DNA of 64,000 nucleotides from NCBI RefSeq assembly GCF_006345805.1, contig NC_042997.1, positions 197,904,001 to 197,968,000 of the forward strand. The letters are read 5' to 3'. The notes under the pieces were generated by a model. It made no database searches. It saw only the letters and a program-made list of their open reading frames with translations, and had not been told where the DNA came from. A program made the translations under genes and the position numbers. This DNA is from Octopus sinensis (lineage: Eukaryota). This document shows, piece after piece, positions 36,886 to 49,470 of this stretch (within the stretch, counting starts at the first letter, position 1; every line of letters begins with the position of its first letter).

Positions 36886-37837
36886 AGAGTAATGGGAAAA
36901 TCGCTACTGCCATCGCCATATTGTTACTTAGAATAAATATTCTGAAAGATTACTTCTGATATAGGCTACCTTATCTAGCACCCCCAGCGCAAATTTTCTT
37001 ATAGCAGTGGACTATAGGAGACTCAGGCTTGACTGTGTGGTAAGAAAAGATCCATTCTAAGCACTAATGATGATTAAAATAACCATCTATGTACCATAAT
37101 TAACGTATATATTGTTGACTGGCAAATTATTGCGATATTCGTCCGAGATAATATCTCTTGTTGGGCGTACTCGGAAGGAGACTAAAAGTCGTCCCAGCAG
37201 CAACTAATGAGAAAATCAGATGCATTTCGTCGTAGCTAGATAGCTATTTCAAGCTGATACTGCATTACTTGCCTATACTGGAGTAATGATAAATGTTTTA
37301 TCGACTGGAAGAGTAAGAAGAGAAAGCTGTACCTTTAGCATTCGAACACGGAACAACAACGTGGGTAATTCGTTGCAGTAAACAAATTAATAAAAAACAA
37401 AAAACCCACTAAGATATTCTCACTATAATCTCTACATCTTAAATTTAAAAACATTATTATTAAACTAAATTTAATGTAAGAAGCAGATTATAAAAGCATA
37501 TTTTAAAGGAAATTGAAGCTATTTTATCTCCAGGAACTACGGCTGTATGCTTCCATTAAGATCTCTTTGTTAGTTATCTTATATGCTTACAAACTAAAGA
37601 TGTTGTAAAATCGTTTCCGAGAAGATATACTACTAGATATATTGCTAAGGTCATTCATTGTGTCGGCTAAAATTAATGGAATTAGTAGTTTATTAACGAA
37701 ACAAAATTAAATGAACAAACGAATTTGAAAGTAAATTTTAGAGTTTAGTAACTTAGTTAATTTTTCCCTTTCTTATTGTACTATTTTCAATCTCCATTAA
37801 CAATGTAGAAGTTTCTTCTTCTTCTTCATCTTCACTC

Positions 37838-38151
37838 CTCCACCGGAGCTTCGTGGAGCTTAGGTTTTTTTGCTCAATAAACACTCACAATGCCCGGTCT
37901 GGGAATCGAAACCGCTTTCTTACAACCACGAGTCCACTGCCTCAACCAATGGGCCATTGCGTCTCCACGGAGTGGTTTTTGTTGCTGTTGATGTTGTTGT
38001 TGCTTATCCCCAGAGCAGCACTGGTCGAATATACCTAGGATCAAAGCCGTTCCACTCATAACCAACCTGAAATTTGTATAAATTGACCAGTGGTTCTAAG
38101 TCATTTTTTACCTACGGACCTGTTTGATTCCTATCTTACTCGAGTGGACCC
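37838..38151 (-). repeat. Inverted copy of 7999-8310 (hAT MITE end + spacer + SINE C2 head)
   Basis: GGTCGAATATACCTAGGATCAAAGCCGTTCCACTCATAACCAACCTGAAATTTGTATAA is the exact reverse complement of about 8071-8129. Confidence 0.9.
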
Positions 38152-38152
38152 T

Positions 38153-38201
38153 CTTACGACCGCGAGTCCACTGCCCTAACCACTGGGCCATTGCGCCTCC
38201 A
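38153..38201 (-). mobile_element. SINE family C2 head fragment
   Basis: GACCGCGAGTCCACTGCCCTAACCACTGGGCCATTGCGCCTCCAC. Confidence 0.8.
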
Positions 38202-39065
38202 CAGCAATCGTTGTTATTATTTTTATGTAAGCACAGTTTGGCAGAATGGTTAGGGAATTCAATTCGTAACCATGATACTCCTGGTTCGATACCACTACGC
38301 TGTACCTTGCGCAAGTGTCTTTTTTCTTTTACGGCCAACGTACTGTGAGTGAAATTACATAAAAAGAAACTGCATAAGAAACGAGTTGGGTGCATTGTAC
38401 CTGAAATTCACCGTGTCCCGATGATACATCCAGAGAATTATGTTACGGCAACGCGGATCTGTGGACTGTTCAATATCTTACACATTAATTCAAGAGCAAA
38501 TAATTCTGTTGATCCGACAACTCAATCCAGATCGTCGAATGACTATGAGCCGCCATATTATTGTGGCGGCACAAATCATCCTGTTTTAGTCTACATACGT
38601 CAAGATGACGGCCAAACGACTTAGTGCGAATCACACATCTCTGGTCATGATATATTTGCTTTTTGGGGAGAAATAAACTGCATAATACACTAGACATGAT
38701 AACCATTACTCTCCCCGTCTGTTTCTGCATGCATGTAGCTTTTTGATTCGGTTACTTCGGAGGCCTGCAAGATGAACTGGGCCTGAACACTAAACCATAC
38801 CGTCTTAGGAATGGATGAAAATGCTTGATAATAGAGCCGTGTCAGAAAAGAAACTGCGTGATCATAGAAAAATATCATAGAAAGTTGTATGAGTTGAACA
38901 AGAAACTATGTGGCAAAAGATTCTCGCTGTACTTTGATATATTAATGAAAATACAAATATAGCGTTAAGTAAGGTGAAGACTATTTGGATTGGTTTTGTT
39001 AACCTCAATATATTCAAAGAAAGTAATCAAGTTTCAGTCTATATATATGTATATATATATAATAT

Positions 39066-39100
<35 letters not shown>

Positions 39101-39748
39101 CTGTTTCTGGTGTCTAGAACGCCCTGCAACGCAATTTCAATCAGTATTTAAAACAATCAAACGTCACTCTTGTTCTATCCTTAATTTTGCTTATATCTCG
39201 ACTGTTGAAGGTTTGCGCATCGGTATCAACAAAAGATCGTTGCTTTAGGGACAATTTTTAACATGCCGATCAAACCCCTATTATAAATATCCCCTGAATG
39301 TTTCTAAGATCACTCCATAACGTCTTTGAGAACAGAAGGAAACGTTAGATAATTTAAATGCTACATACTACTAATACTATAGGATGGACACCACAGAATG
39401 ACAGTTGCCATAGGTCCGCTTTATCAGCTGATCTATAACAACAACAGCAGCAACATCACCAGCCGTTTTATTTAGTAATATGGCGAATTCCTCTGTGGAT
39501 TTCGATGTACGATGGTCCAGGATCTCCCACACAGTAGTGAAGGCTTGTGCGGGATCAGCTACACTTTTATGGAAATGCCGAGAGCAGAGAGTTTCTATTG
39601 GAGTTTTTCATCGCCTGAGTTAGTTGCTTAGAGTTAAACCCACCTTCGTAGGCTATATATAACAAACCAGCAGTTTCGAATCCCCCGCGCATATACATAA
39701 TATGATGCGACTGCATGACCGTTGACTCTTTTTAGTTCATCCGCCCTA

Positions 39749-40216
39749 TTATTCAGGTCACTGCCAAGAATCGAACTTGGAATCTTGGGGTTAGTAACCC
39801 GCGCTCTTAACCTCTACGCAATATGCCCATGGGCAAGATTCAGAGTTCGATTCCAGGTAGTGACCTGAGTAATAATAATAATAATAATAATAACAACAAC
39901 AACATCGAAAAATACCTTAGGAATGAGAACCCAAGTTCGAAATTTCTCCAAGACGTCTGATGAAGGCTGGAGGGTATAACAGCTGAAATGCTGTATTAGC
40001 AAGAAACAAGATGAGAACAGATATCCGTCAATTGTAAATAATGTACATAATTCCTCATCTCTTAAATACTGAACTGAAGTACACATAATGAACAAATACT
40101 TCTACATTCGAAATTTCCCAAGAACACCGGATAAAAGCTGGAGGGTACATCAGCCGAAACGTTGTGTATACAACAACAAGACGAGGACAAATATCCGTCA
40201 AATGTAAATAATGTAG
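39749..40216. mobile_element. tRNA-headed element with inverted head and two tandem HHR-containing units
   Basis: Minus tRNA-like head at 39749-39829 is joined head-to-head to a plus 5'-truncated head (AGTTCGATTCCAGG), then (AAT)n, then repeats at 39936-40048 and 40107-40216, each with an HHR-like motif. Confidence 0.65.
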
Positions 40217-40233
40217 AAATATTCGTTCATTAT

Positions 40234-40649
40234 ACTCTTTACTCTTTTACTTTTTTATTTGTTTCAGTCATTTGACTGCGGCCATGCTGGAGCACCGCCT
40301 TTAGTCGAGCAAATCGACCCCGGGATTTATTCTTTGTAAGCCCAGTACTTATTCTATCGGTCTCTTTTGCCGAACCGCTAAGTGACGGGAACGTAAACAC
40401 ACCAGCATCGGTTGTCAAGCAATGCTAGGGGGACAAACACAGACACACAAACATATACACACACTTATACATATATACATATATACAACAAGCTTCTTTC
40501 AGTTTCCGTCTACCAAATCCACTCGCAAGGCATTGGTCGGCCCGGGGCTATAGCATAAGACACTTGCCCAAGATGTCACGCAGTGGGACTGAACCCGGAA
40601 CCATGTGGTTGGTTAGCAAGCTACTTACCACACAGCCACTCCTGCGCCT
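40234..40649 (-). mobile_element. SINE family A, full length
   Basis: (ACTCTTTT)n tail to CCACTCCTGCGCCT head. Confidence 0.92.
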
Positions 40650-40689
40650 ATTATGTGTACTTGTTATGAAGAATCTAGGTTAGCACACT

Positions 40690-41070
40690 CCAGGAATCTA
40701 GGTTAGCTCACTCCAAGTAAAACTTTTGATGGAAGTCATTGAATGTATGGACATCCCATCTTTTATAATACTAAAGAGGTACATTTTCGCGTCCTTCCCT
40801 TTACAAGAATGTATATTATTAGTGAAAAGAGATTTGGCTGTAGTTTCTTGCAAGTCCAGAGAAACTTTCTTCCTAATATGTTGGTATTTGGGAAGGAATT
40901 TCGAAGAATGCAAGCAATAGAAATACCAATCTTCAAACATATGTATCAATATTTTAAAAGACTGGAGTATTTCTAGCATCATCGATTTGTGATTCTTTAT
41001 GAGGGGAGTTCCAGATATTTTAAAGAGTAATTCATCAATATTTATGGTAATAATCAATATTAATCAACAC
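40690..41070 (-). mobile_element. Possible LINE linker-region remnant
   Basis: LQETTAKSLFTNNIHSCKGKDAKMYLFSIIK loosely resembles the CR1/L2 APE-RT linker; no catalytic motif seen. Confidence 0.3.
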
Positions 41071-41389
41071 TAGAGTGGTTAGGAAAACATCCATCATGAT
41101 GTTGAAGTGTCAGTTCTCAGCGAAAACAGATATCGTATAACTTTCGGTTGAGTTTCATGACAGAATATTATTCCATAACCGTGGAAGAAGTAACTAATCA
41201 CTCGACTCGAAAATATCGAAACTGTTATTAATACTCTATTGGAAATAGCGAGACACGCACACAAGTATATGCATAAAAATTCAAGCACACACATACTCAG
41301 ATACTCGTGCACACACACACACACACACACACACCCACACACACACATATATATATATATGATATATATATATATATATATTATATATA

Positions 41390-41700
41390 TAAGAGACGAT
41401 GAGCGATGGCTAGAAGAATACTGAGCTTTATTTGATAACCAATTGATCTAGAAAGCGGGGCCTCGTATCAGTGAGGTGGGGGGGGACGCATTGATGCCGT
41501 CGAGAGGTAGGCTCCGAAACGGCGCGCATTCTCTCCTGATGACCCCATACATTTGCTGGCTTCCGGTATGCGGAGTTCTTGACTGGTAATAATTACACCT
41601 GCAATTTGTTTGCAATACACACACACATACACACACACACAGACATAAACACGAGTAATAACGAATGTGAGAAAACGAACTCTATGCAAGAGCTAGAGTA
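41390..41700 (-). mobile_element. Possible solo-LTR-like remnant
   Basis: CpG-rich structured block; minus-strand AATAAA followed by a CT-rich U5-like segment. No TG..CA termini or TSD established. Confidence 0.25.
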
Positions 41701-42031
41701 CACTTAATTTACTATAGTAAGATAAGTAGAATCAGGTGAAACTTGAGGTTTCGCGTGAGATGATAGCATGTTAGTTATGGAAGAATGAAAATATTTCCTG
41801 CTCAATACAGGAACTAAGAATTCGTTAGACAATTTATTAAGTCAATAGAGAAAATACATAAGCTATGAGTAGTAGTATAGTTTCATTATGGGTTTCGTAT
41901 AGTCTTCATACATACTCTGTTGTTTACAGTTTATCAGGGCCCCAGAACACATCATCAAATGTTTTTCTGTTTCCTTGGTGGTTTACAGATAAGAACAGAG
42001 GTTGGGATCAAGCAATGAAAAGGGAAACAAT

Positions 42032-42080
42032 GACTGCCACTGAGGAGGCGTGATAAAACCGAAACACATGATCGGCAGTC
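42032..42080 (+). ncRNA. Hammerhead-like motif with 7-bp stem I
   Basis: GACUGCC-A-CUGAGGA-GG(cgugauaaaa)CC-GAAAC-ACAU-G(A)UC-GGCAGUC. Confidence 0.5.
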
Positions 42081-42272
42081 CATTGGTGTCGTTCAGATGC
42101 TGGCTTGTCGCGTTTTTACACGGAAAGGCTATAAGGAAAAATTCTTCCCTGTAGAGCAGCGAATGTCTCTGTAAAGGAGTGTTAACTATAATTGTCAACA
42201 ATGTCATTTTGCTCGTCTCAGTCTCTTACATACACAAATGCCAAATATATATATACCTATGCATGTTTGTGC

Positions 42273-42355
<83 letters not shown>

Positions 42356-43221
42356 TATATATTTATATATATATATATATATATACTATATATCATATAC
42401 ACATATATGGAATAAGCGGAGTAAGAGCACAGGCGAAGAGAGGAAAATGTCGCTGAAGAGATCACAGATGTGAACGGAAGATTTCCGGACAATGGACATG
42501 AGTTAGAATAAGAACAGTAAAAAAAAACGAGTGAAGAACAAAAATATATAGTGTGTGTGTTTATTTGGCAAAAAGAAAAAGAGAAGAAAATGACCATTCC
42601 GAAATATAACAAAGTATGTGTGTGTGTGTGTAAATCGGAAAGTAGAAATGTGGAATTACGATTAGTAAAGATTTCAGCTTCGAATAAACATATAAATTCT
42701 GTATTTGGTATTGAGTATTCTCCGTTGTTCCCTGCAGATTGCTTCGCGATTAAAGCATTTACTTATACATACATAAAACACACGAATATATGATCTAAGC
42801 ATATTACAATCGAATAGGTCTGGAAAAAAAGCGTTGATCGATAATTCAGAACATGGAGTTGGTTGGATGAAGACAATGTAGGATATTCATGTAGTTTTGT
42901 TGGCATATATCAAAGGCAAAACATATATCACAAATACATGTCCGTGATCAAACTGTTGATAGGCTCATTAATATCACTTTGTTAGTCATATAAAATACAC
43001 TAAGAGAGAAAAGAAACAAACATACCATAGTGAAAACAAGCCTACGTACATGTATATATTTGTATGCATATGGATATGTGTCCATGCATATATATATCGA
43101 CATTTATTTGCATAGACATTTCACACACATAGAGATACACAGCACACCCACTATCTACTATCTATCTATCTATATCTATCTATCTATCTACTATCTATCT
43201 ACTATCTATCTCTCTATCTAC

Positions 43222-43271
<50 letters not shown>

Positions 43272-44342
43272 GTATAAATATATCCATACACACACATGTT
43301 AATATTCGTATATATATATAAGTACTACAAAGTACAAATATAAGTTTTTCTCTCAGCAAGGGGGTCATAAAGTGTTTTTCTTTGTATATGCATACATTTG
43401 TACGTGTGTAGCCATCGAGATTTTCACTATATAGTCAGTATCATCATCTTTTCCTTGTCTTTCAATTATACTGTTTGTTTATATATACATATATACACGA
43501 ACACACATATAGGTATAAACATATTCATATAATATATATATATATATACACACACACACATATGTATGTATGTATGTAGTATGTATGTATGTATGTATTG
43601 TATGTATGTATGTATGTGTAAACTTTGTAGTATTAAATGTCATGAATTTAAGTTTGTTCCATTTTATGATTACTCTGAGGTATTTCCGATCTTCAGTAAT
43701 TAAGACACATTGTATTTCCAAGAAAAAAATTGATAAACAGTTTTCTATCTTCTAAACTGTCGTTCTTGGCTTGTGACGAGATCACTCGACTCGTCAGAAG
43801 AAACACTGACATAACCAAACAACAATTACAAGTAAATTCGCAAACTCTTTCTCTCCTGTATTCGATTGAACCATTGACATTAAATTCTGTTTTCTTTATA
43901 TTTTCCTTTAAATATTTCAGGATCGCCTCGCCGCCTTCTCTAAAGCATTGCATATGTTCGTTATCTTCAAAAACCTGTTAACATTTATATATTAAGGATA
44001 TTAATTTTTTATCTATAACTATGCAGATTAAATGTTACTTTGTACATAAAATAATATTAAAAAAATTACTTGAAATTCAAACACGAATTTAACTCGTCAT
44101 TAAGAGCATTTTATTATTCGAAAATATAACATTACTTTGTCGGGGAGATAATATTGTAAGTGTTAATGTCATATTTACATTCAGATATTTAAAAATGTAT
44201 GAGTTGATACTATATGACGAAAGTAACAGAGAACAATCTCGTTGTAGTTTACCAAACATGCAAATATGAATATACACATACCGTTGTCTATCAAAAATCT
44301 ACACATATTAACATCACTCGTTACTATTTTTATGGTTTGAGT

Positions 44343-44582
44343 TGAAATACCTATTTCTTTATTACCCACCAGGGGCTAAACACAGAGGGGATAAACAAGG
44401 ACAGACATAGGTATTAAGTCGATTACATCGACCTCAGTGCGTAACTGGTACTTAATTTATCGACCCCGAAACGATAAAAGGCAAAGTCGACTTCGGCGGA
44501 ATTTGAACTCACAACGTAACGCAGACGAAATACCGCTAAGCATTTCGTCCGGCGTGCTAACGTTTCTGCCAGCTCGCCGCCT
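44343..44582 (-). mobile_element. SINE family B
   Basis: GAAATACCTATTTCTTTATTACCC junction and tail through TTTCTGCCAGCTCGCCGCC head. Confidence 0.9.
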
Positions 44583-44868
44583 TTGAGTTCAAATACCGTT
44601 GAGGTAAAATCTGTTTTAAATTCTTTAGTGGTCGACAAAGTAAAATATCGTGTAATCGACTAACAACCTTTCTCAAAATTGCTGGCCTTGTGCTCATATT
44701 AGAGAGTTATTATAATTATTCAATGAGATAACCACGTACCATCACAGTGACGCTAGGTCATCATCATCATCATTGTTATTACTATTTTGGTTTGGATCAG
44801 GTTCGGTCTTACTCCTGGTAGGATTTATGATACTACCTGTATCATTAGTTGACCGCAAGTTTTCAGCA

Positions 44869-44985
44869 ATGGTTCCGGGTTCAGTCCCACTGCGTGGCAC
44901 CTTGGGCAAGTGTCTTCAACTATAGACTCGAGCTGACCAAATCTTTGTGAGTGGATCTGATAGACGGAAACTGAAAGAAGCCCGT

Positions 44986-45082
<97 letters not shown>

Positions 45083-45318
45083 TGTGTGTGTGTGTGTGTG
45101 TGTATGTTTGTGTGTCTGTGTTTTATCCACCCAACATCGCTTGACAAACCGATGCTGGTGTGTTTACGTTCCTGTAACGTAGCGGTTTGGCAAAAGTGAC
45201 CGATAGAATAAGTACTAGGCTTCCAAAGAATAAGTCCTGGGGTCTATTTGCTCGACTAAAGGCGGTGTTCCAGCATGGCCGCAGTCAAATGACTGAAACA
45301 AGTAAAAGGGTAAAAGAG
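44869..45318 (+). mobile_element. SINE family A, 5'-truncated
   Basis: Begins ATGGTTCCGGGTTCAGTCCCACTGCG; GTAAAAGAG tail. Confidence 0.9.
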
Positions 45319-45511
45319 TCTTTCAAGTGCTTAGAACCCTCCTGATAATCGTTTCTGTCCCTAAGAGACAAACTTTCTGCAGGAGCTCTACCGGGCATTC
45401 TATTTCAATCACTTTCAGCCATTTGTCTATATCTTTGCTTACTGTTCTCAAAGAACCGAGGAATTGCGGTTAATATGTACAAGACTTTCAGGCTGTTTAT
45501 TATTTATTATG

Positions 45512-45840
45512 TTGGCAGAATCGTTAGCACACTGGGCGAAATGCTTAACGGTATTTTGTCTGTCTTTACGTTCTGAGTTCGACTTTGCCTTTCATCCTTT
45601 CGGGGTCGATGAATTAAGTACCAGTTACGTACTGGGGTCGATCTAATCGACTGGTCTCTCCCCCAAAATTTTGGGCCTTGTGTCTAGAGTAGAAGAGATA
45701 ATAATAATTATTATTATTCTGGCCTTACCTTCTGAGTTCAAAGTTGGCTTTGCCTTTTATCCTTTTGGGGGTCGATAAAATAAGCACCAGTAGGATACTG
45801 GAGTCGATATATTCGACTGGCTCTTCCCCGCAAAATTTCG
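45512..45840 (+). mobile_element. SINE family B plus a second partial unit
   Basis: TGGCAGAATCGTTAGCAC head; tail GTCTAGAGTAGAAGAG; second core at 45720-45840. Confidence 0.85.
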
Positions 45841-46232
45841 TCGATCGAGTCTGCTGAGGTTCCATCGTTGGTTCACGAAGGTTTTTTATAGCGTCGAAGT
45901 TAGACCAAGATTTACATTACAACAGAACAAAGCGAGTCGTTCTTTTCCCCTTAGATCAAGCCTTTAACTATGGTCTGAAAAACCATACATTGGCAGAAGA
46001 AAAGGTAATCCGTTAGGCATTGATGTTAACTGTTAGTATAGATACTTTGAGTAGCACAGCTAAAAATAACTAGTGTCGAGTGGTATCTCTATTGCATGTA
46101 GCTGAGAGACACACATGTGCTTTAGACGTGTATTGTTTCTCTTCTTTTCCTTTCCCTTTTTTCTTCCTTGTTTCTTTCTTACTAAACGTCGGTTCGACCA
46201 TAATGCCAATCTCCTTTTTCTCCCTCTCCGCT

Positions 46233-46332
46233 NNNNNNNNNNNNNNNNNNNNNNNNNNNNNNNNNNNNNNNNNNNNNNNNNNNNNNNNNNNNNNNNNNNN
46301 NNNNNNNNNNNNNNNNNNNNNNNNNNNNNNNN
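46233..46332. other. Assembly gap (100 N)
   Basis: Run of N; a round length suggests the true size is unknown. Confidence 1.
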
Positions 46333-46536
46333 GCGAGCACACACACACACGCACACACACACACGTAGGTCTCTGTAACCACGGTCGAACATAGCTGAGG
46401 AGGTCTCTCCGTAATTCACGATTATCTGTTGCTTGTCCTTACTGAGTTTTGCATCGTCTGAGCGTTGATTGATGAATGTTGCTTCGTACAAATCGTAACC
46501 TTCTTTGAGCAAATATAGTTATCTTGGGCATATATA

Positions 46537-46569
<33 letters not shown>

Positions 46570-46998
46570 ATTCTTTTATTTGTTTCAGTCATTTGACTGC
46601 GGCCATGCTGGAGCACCGCTTTTAGTCGAGCAAATCGACCCCGGGACTTATTCTTTGTAAGCCCAGTACTTATTCTATCGGTCTCTTTTGCCGAACCGCT
46701 AAGTGACGGGGACGTAACACACACACAGCATCGGTTGTCAAGCAATGCTAGGGGGACAAACACAGACACACAAACACACACACATATACATATATATATA
46801 TATATATATATTATATATTATATATATATATACATATATACGACTGGCTTCTTTCAGTTTCCGTCTACCAAATCCACTCACAAGGCATTGGTCGGCCCGG
46901 GGCTATAGCAGAAGACACTTGCTCAAGATGCCACGCAGTGGGACTGAACCCGGAACCATGTGGTTGGTTAGCAAGCTACTTACCACACAGCCACTCCT
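46570..46998 (-). mobile_element. SINE family A
   Basis: Near-consensus reverse copy. Confidence 0.92.
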
Positions 46999-47375
46999 TA
47001 TATATATATAAGAAACAAGTTAAAAGTAATGTCATTACGTCATTACATCTATTCCTTTATTGGAGCAAATTTGGCTTACAGCTGTTTCCAGTAATCATTA
47101 TAGGTACATTACTGATAGTTTAACTTAATTGGTCAAGTGATCAAATGAGATTAATTTAACGACCTAAGAAGAAAATTGACGTTACTTTTGTTAGAACCAT
47201 TACATGCTTATACATGCATACATACATACATACATACGTACGTACGTATATACTTACATACATACACACACACACACTCATATATATGTATATACATACC
47301 TGCCTATCTACGTACACAACACACACACACATATATATATATACGTACATACATACATAATATGTACGTACATAT

Positions 47376-47788
47376 AGGTGCAGGAGTGGCTGTGTGGTAA
47401 GTAGCTTGCTAACCAACCACATGGTTCCGGGTTCAGTCCCACTGCGTGGCACCTTGGGCAAGTGTCTTCTACTATAGCCTCGGGCCGACCAAAGCCTTGT
47501 GAGTGGATTTGGTAGACGGAAACTGAAAGAAGCCCGTCGTATATATGTATATATATATGTGTGTGTGTGAGTTTGTGTGTCTGTGTTTGTCCCGCCAACA
47601 TCGCTTGACAACCGATGGTGGTGTGTTTACGTCCCCGTTAATTAGCGGTTCGGCAAAAGAGGCCGATAGAATAAGTACTAGGCTTACAAAGAATAAGTCC
47701 TGGGGTCGATTTGTTCGACTAAAGGTGATGCTCCAGCATGGCCGCAGTCAAATGACTGAAACAAGTAAAAGAGTAAAAGAGTAAAGAG
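47376..47788 (+). mobile_element. SINE family A, full length
   Basis: AGGTGCAGGAGTGGCTGTGTGG head to (GTAAAAGA)n tail. Confidence 0.93.
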
Positions 47789-47878
47789 TATACATACATT
47801 CGTGTTTGTTTATCATAGTATCTTAGTGGGCCTTAGAAATGCCTCCGCATGAGTGTGTGTGTATTTATATCTGTATAT

Positions 47879-47944
<66 letters not shown>

Positions 47945-48188
47945 ATCGGTGTGCATTCAAAGCAATGATTAAGAAATTCACGAAACCGGTATGCTTTTAA
48001 ATCTCTTTAACCAATTATGCCTTTTATTACTTTTATTCCCACCTCAGTTCATCTAATTGTATATATATCTATCGTTACTTTTCATAGAAAGCTTTTACTC
48101 TTTTTGATTTCCAATGTGCATTTCGCTTATTTTTCTTCTTACTTTCCCCTTACATTTCCACGAGTAGTTTCTTTTTGTAACATATTTT

Positions 48189-48233
<45 letters not shown>

Positions 48234-48258
48234 TATATATATATATATATATAAGCCA

Positions 48259-48332
48259 TCTTTACCATCCCTTTTCTAGCAAGTCATGAAATCACGTGAT
48301 TTCATGACTTGCTAGAAAAGGGATGGTAAAGA
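48259..48332. repeat. 74-bp perfect spacerless palindrome
   Basis: TCTTTACCATCC...GAAATCAC|GTGATTTC...GGATGGTAAAGA, no mismatch. Confidence 0.95.
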
Positions 48333-49021
48333 ATTTATTGAAAGCACATTACATGTCATAATTCTAGATACTCTTAAGAAGACTGAATGTTCGTGTGTGG
48401 GAGCACTTTCATAATAAGTCTACTCCATCGGGGGACGAGATTTTGCTATACAAGAAAAACCACACTTTACAGTGTTATGTATCCAAAATGAATGAATTTG
48501 TATATCAGTGCGTAATAGAATCACCATAATTTTTTAAATGAGACAAGATAAGTATGAACGAGAGGAAAAAACAAATTCTTATTTAAAACTACCTCGAAAA
48601 ACATCATTTTAAAGTTTGTATCTCAGATGAAATTTTGAAGGGAACATCATCTTGTTTTTATTTCCCGTTCAATATGTAAACAATTGTGCGCTTGTAACGA
48701 TTCGAATCTAAACTTGATAATATCTAGGACAATATCTAAGATCAAGATTCGTTCGAAAGTAAGTTCTGAAATTTTATTTCCATTTCATGCAATTTTATAG
48801 GATAAAGATCAATATATAATGAGTTTTTGTAATGAAATGGTGTTAATGAGGTTTTAGACATCTTGCAACCCAACTTCAATGTTAATAACACACTGTCAAA
48901 GTTAATTATCAACCTACAGCAAATAAGTCTTTAATTAGATATGCGAGGTTTATGTGTAAGATCCAGGAACGAGTATTTTAGATGAATTTCGTTAGCATTC
49001 GTCTGCTTTAATCAACAATAT

Positions 49022-49063
49022 CATTGTCTGATGAAAGTTAATGAACTTGAAACAATGTCATCC
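49022..49063 (+). ncRNA. Hammerhead core motif with weak stem I
   Basis: CUGAUGA-AAGUU(aaug)AACUU-GAAAC-AAU-GUC|; stem I is only 2 bp. Confidence 0.4.
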
Positions 49064-49470
49064 AGTTGTTTTCCCTTTACTGCCAGCAGTACCGTTGTAC
49101 AAACATGACAGGACTTTACCACTGTTTCATGTAGCTAATACGTTTAAGTAATGTATTTAATTAATTTCCGAATTCTATCACGGATAAAATCTTTAGGTAT
49201 ATTCTCAAGAAGTTTTAAGCATGTTATTCCCGTGTTTTAAACTCTCATAGCGCATCTCACCTCAATGTTTAGAACTAAGATTATGAACTTTTCGGTCCAT
49301 AAATATTTCTGGTACAAGGTCAGCTATTTCTGGGGAGGCGTATTACAAAAGCATTTGTAATCAAATTTATGTTCATGAAATATATGTAGTATTTAGTGTT
49401 GAAACTCCCTTAACTAACGAATACGTGAAATACTATAAATTCCATTCTTGAATTCCATGTATTATATTAC

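Noticed and set aside
38540-38580. GCCGCCA/TGGCGGC hairpin preceded by CTATGA
   Set aside because: Both core halves are defective (no CUGA, no GAAA); too degenerate to call.
43693-44277. Short ORFs with possible splice sites
   Set aside because: No recognisable domain and no consistent acceptor/donor pair in one frame.
46060-46512. 150-aa ORF
   Set aside because: It spans the N gap and a (CA)n tract; continuity is artificial.
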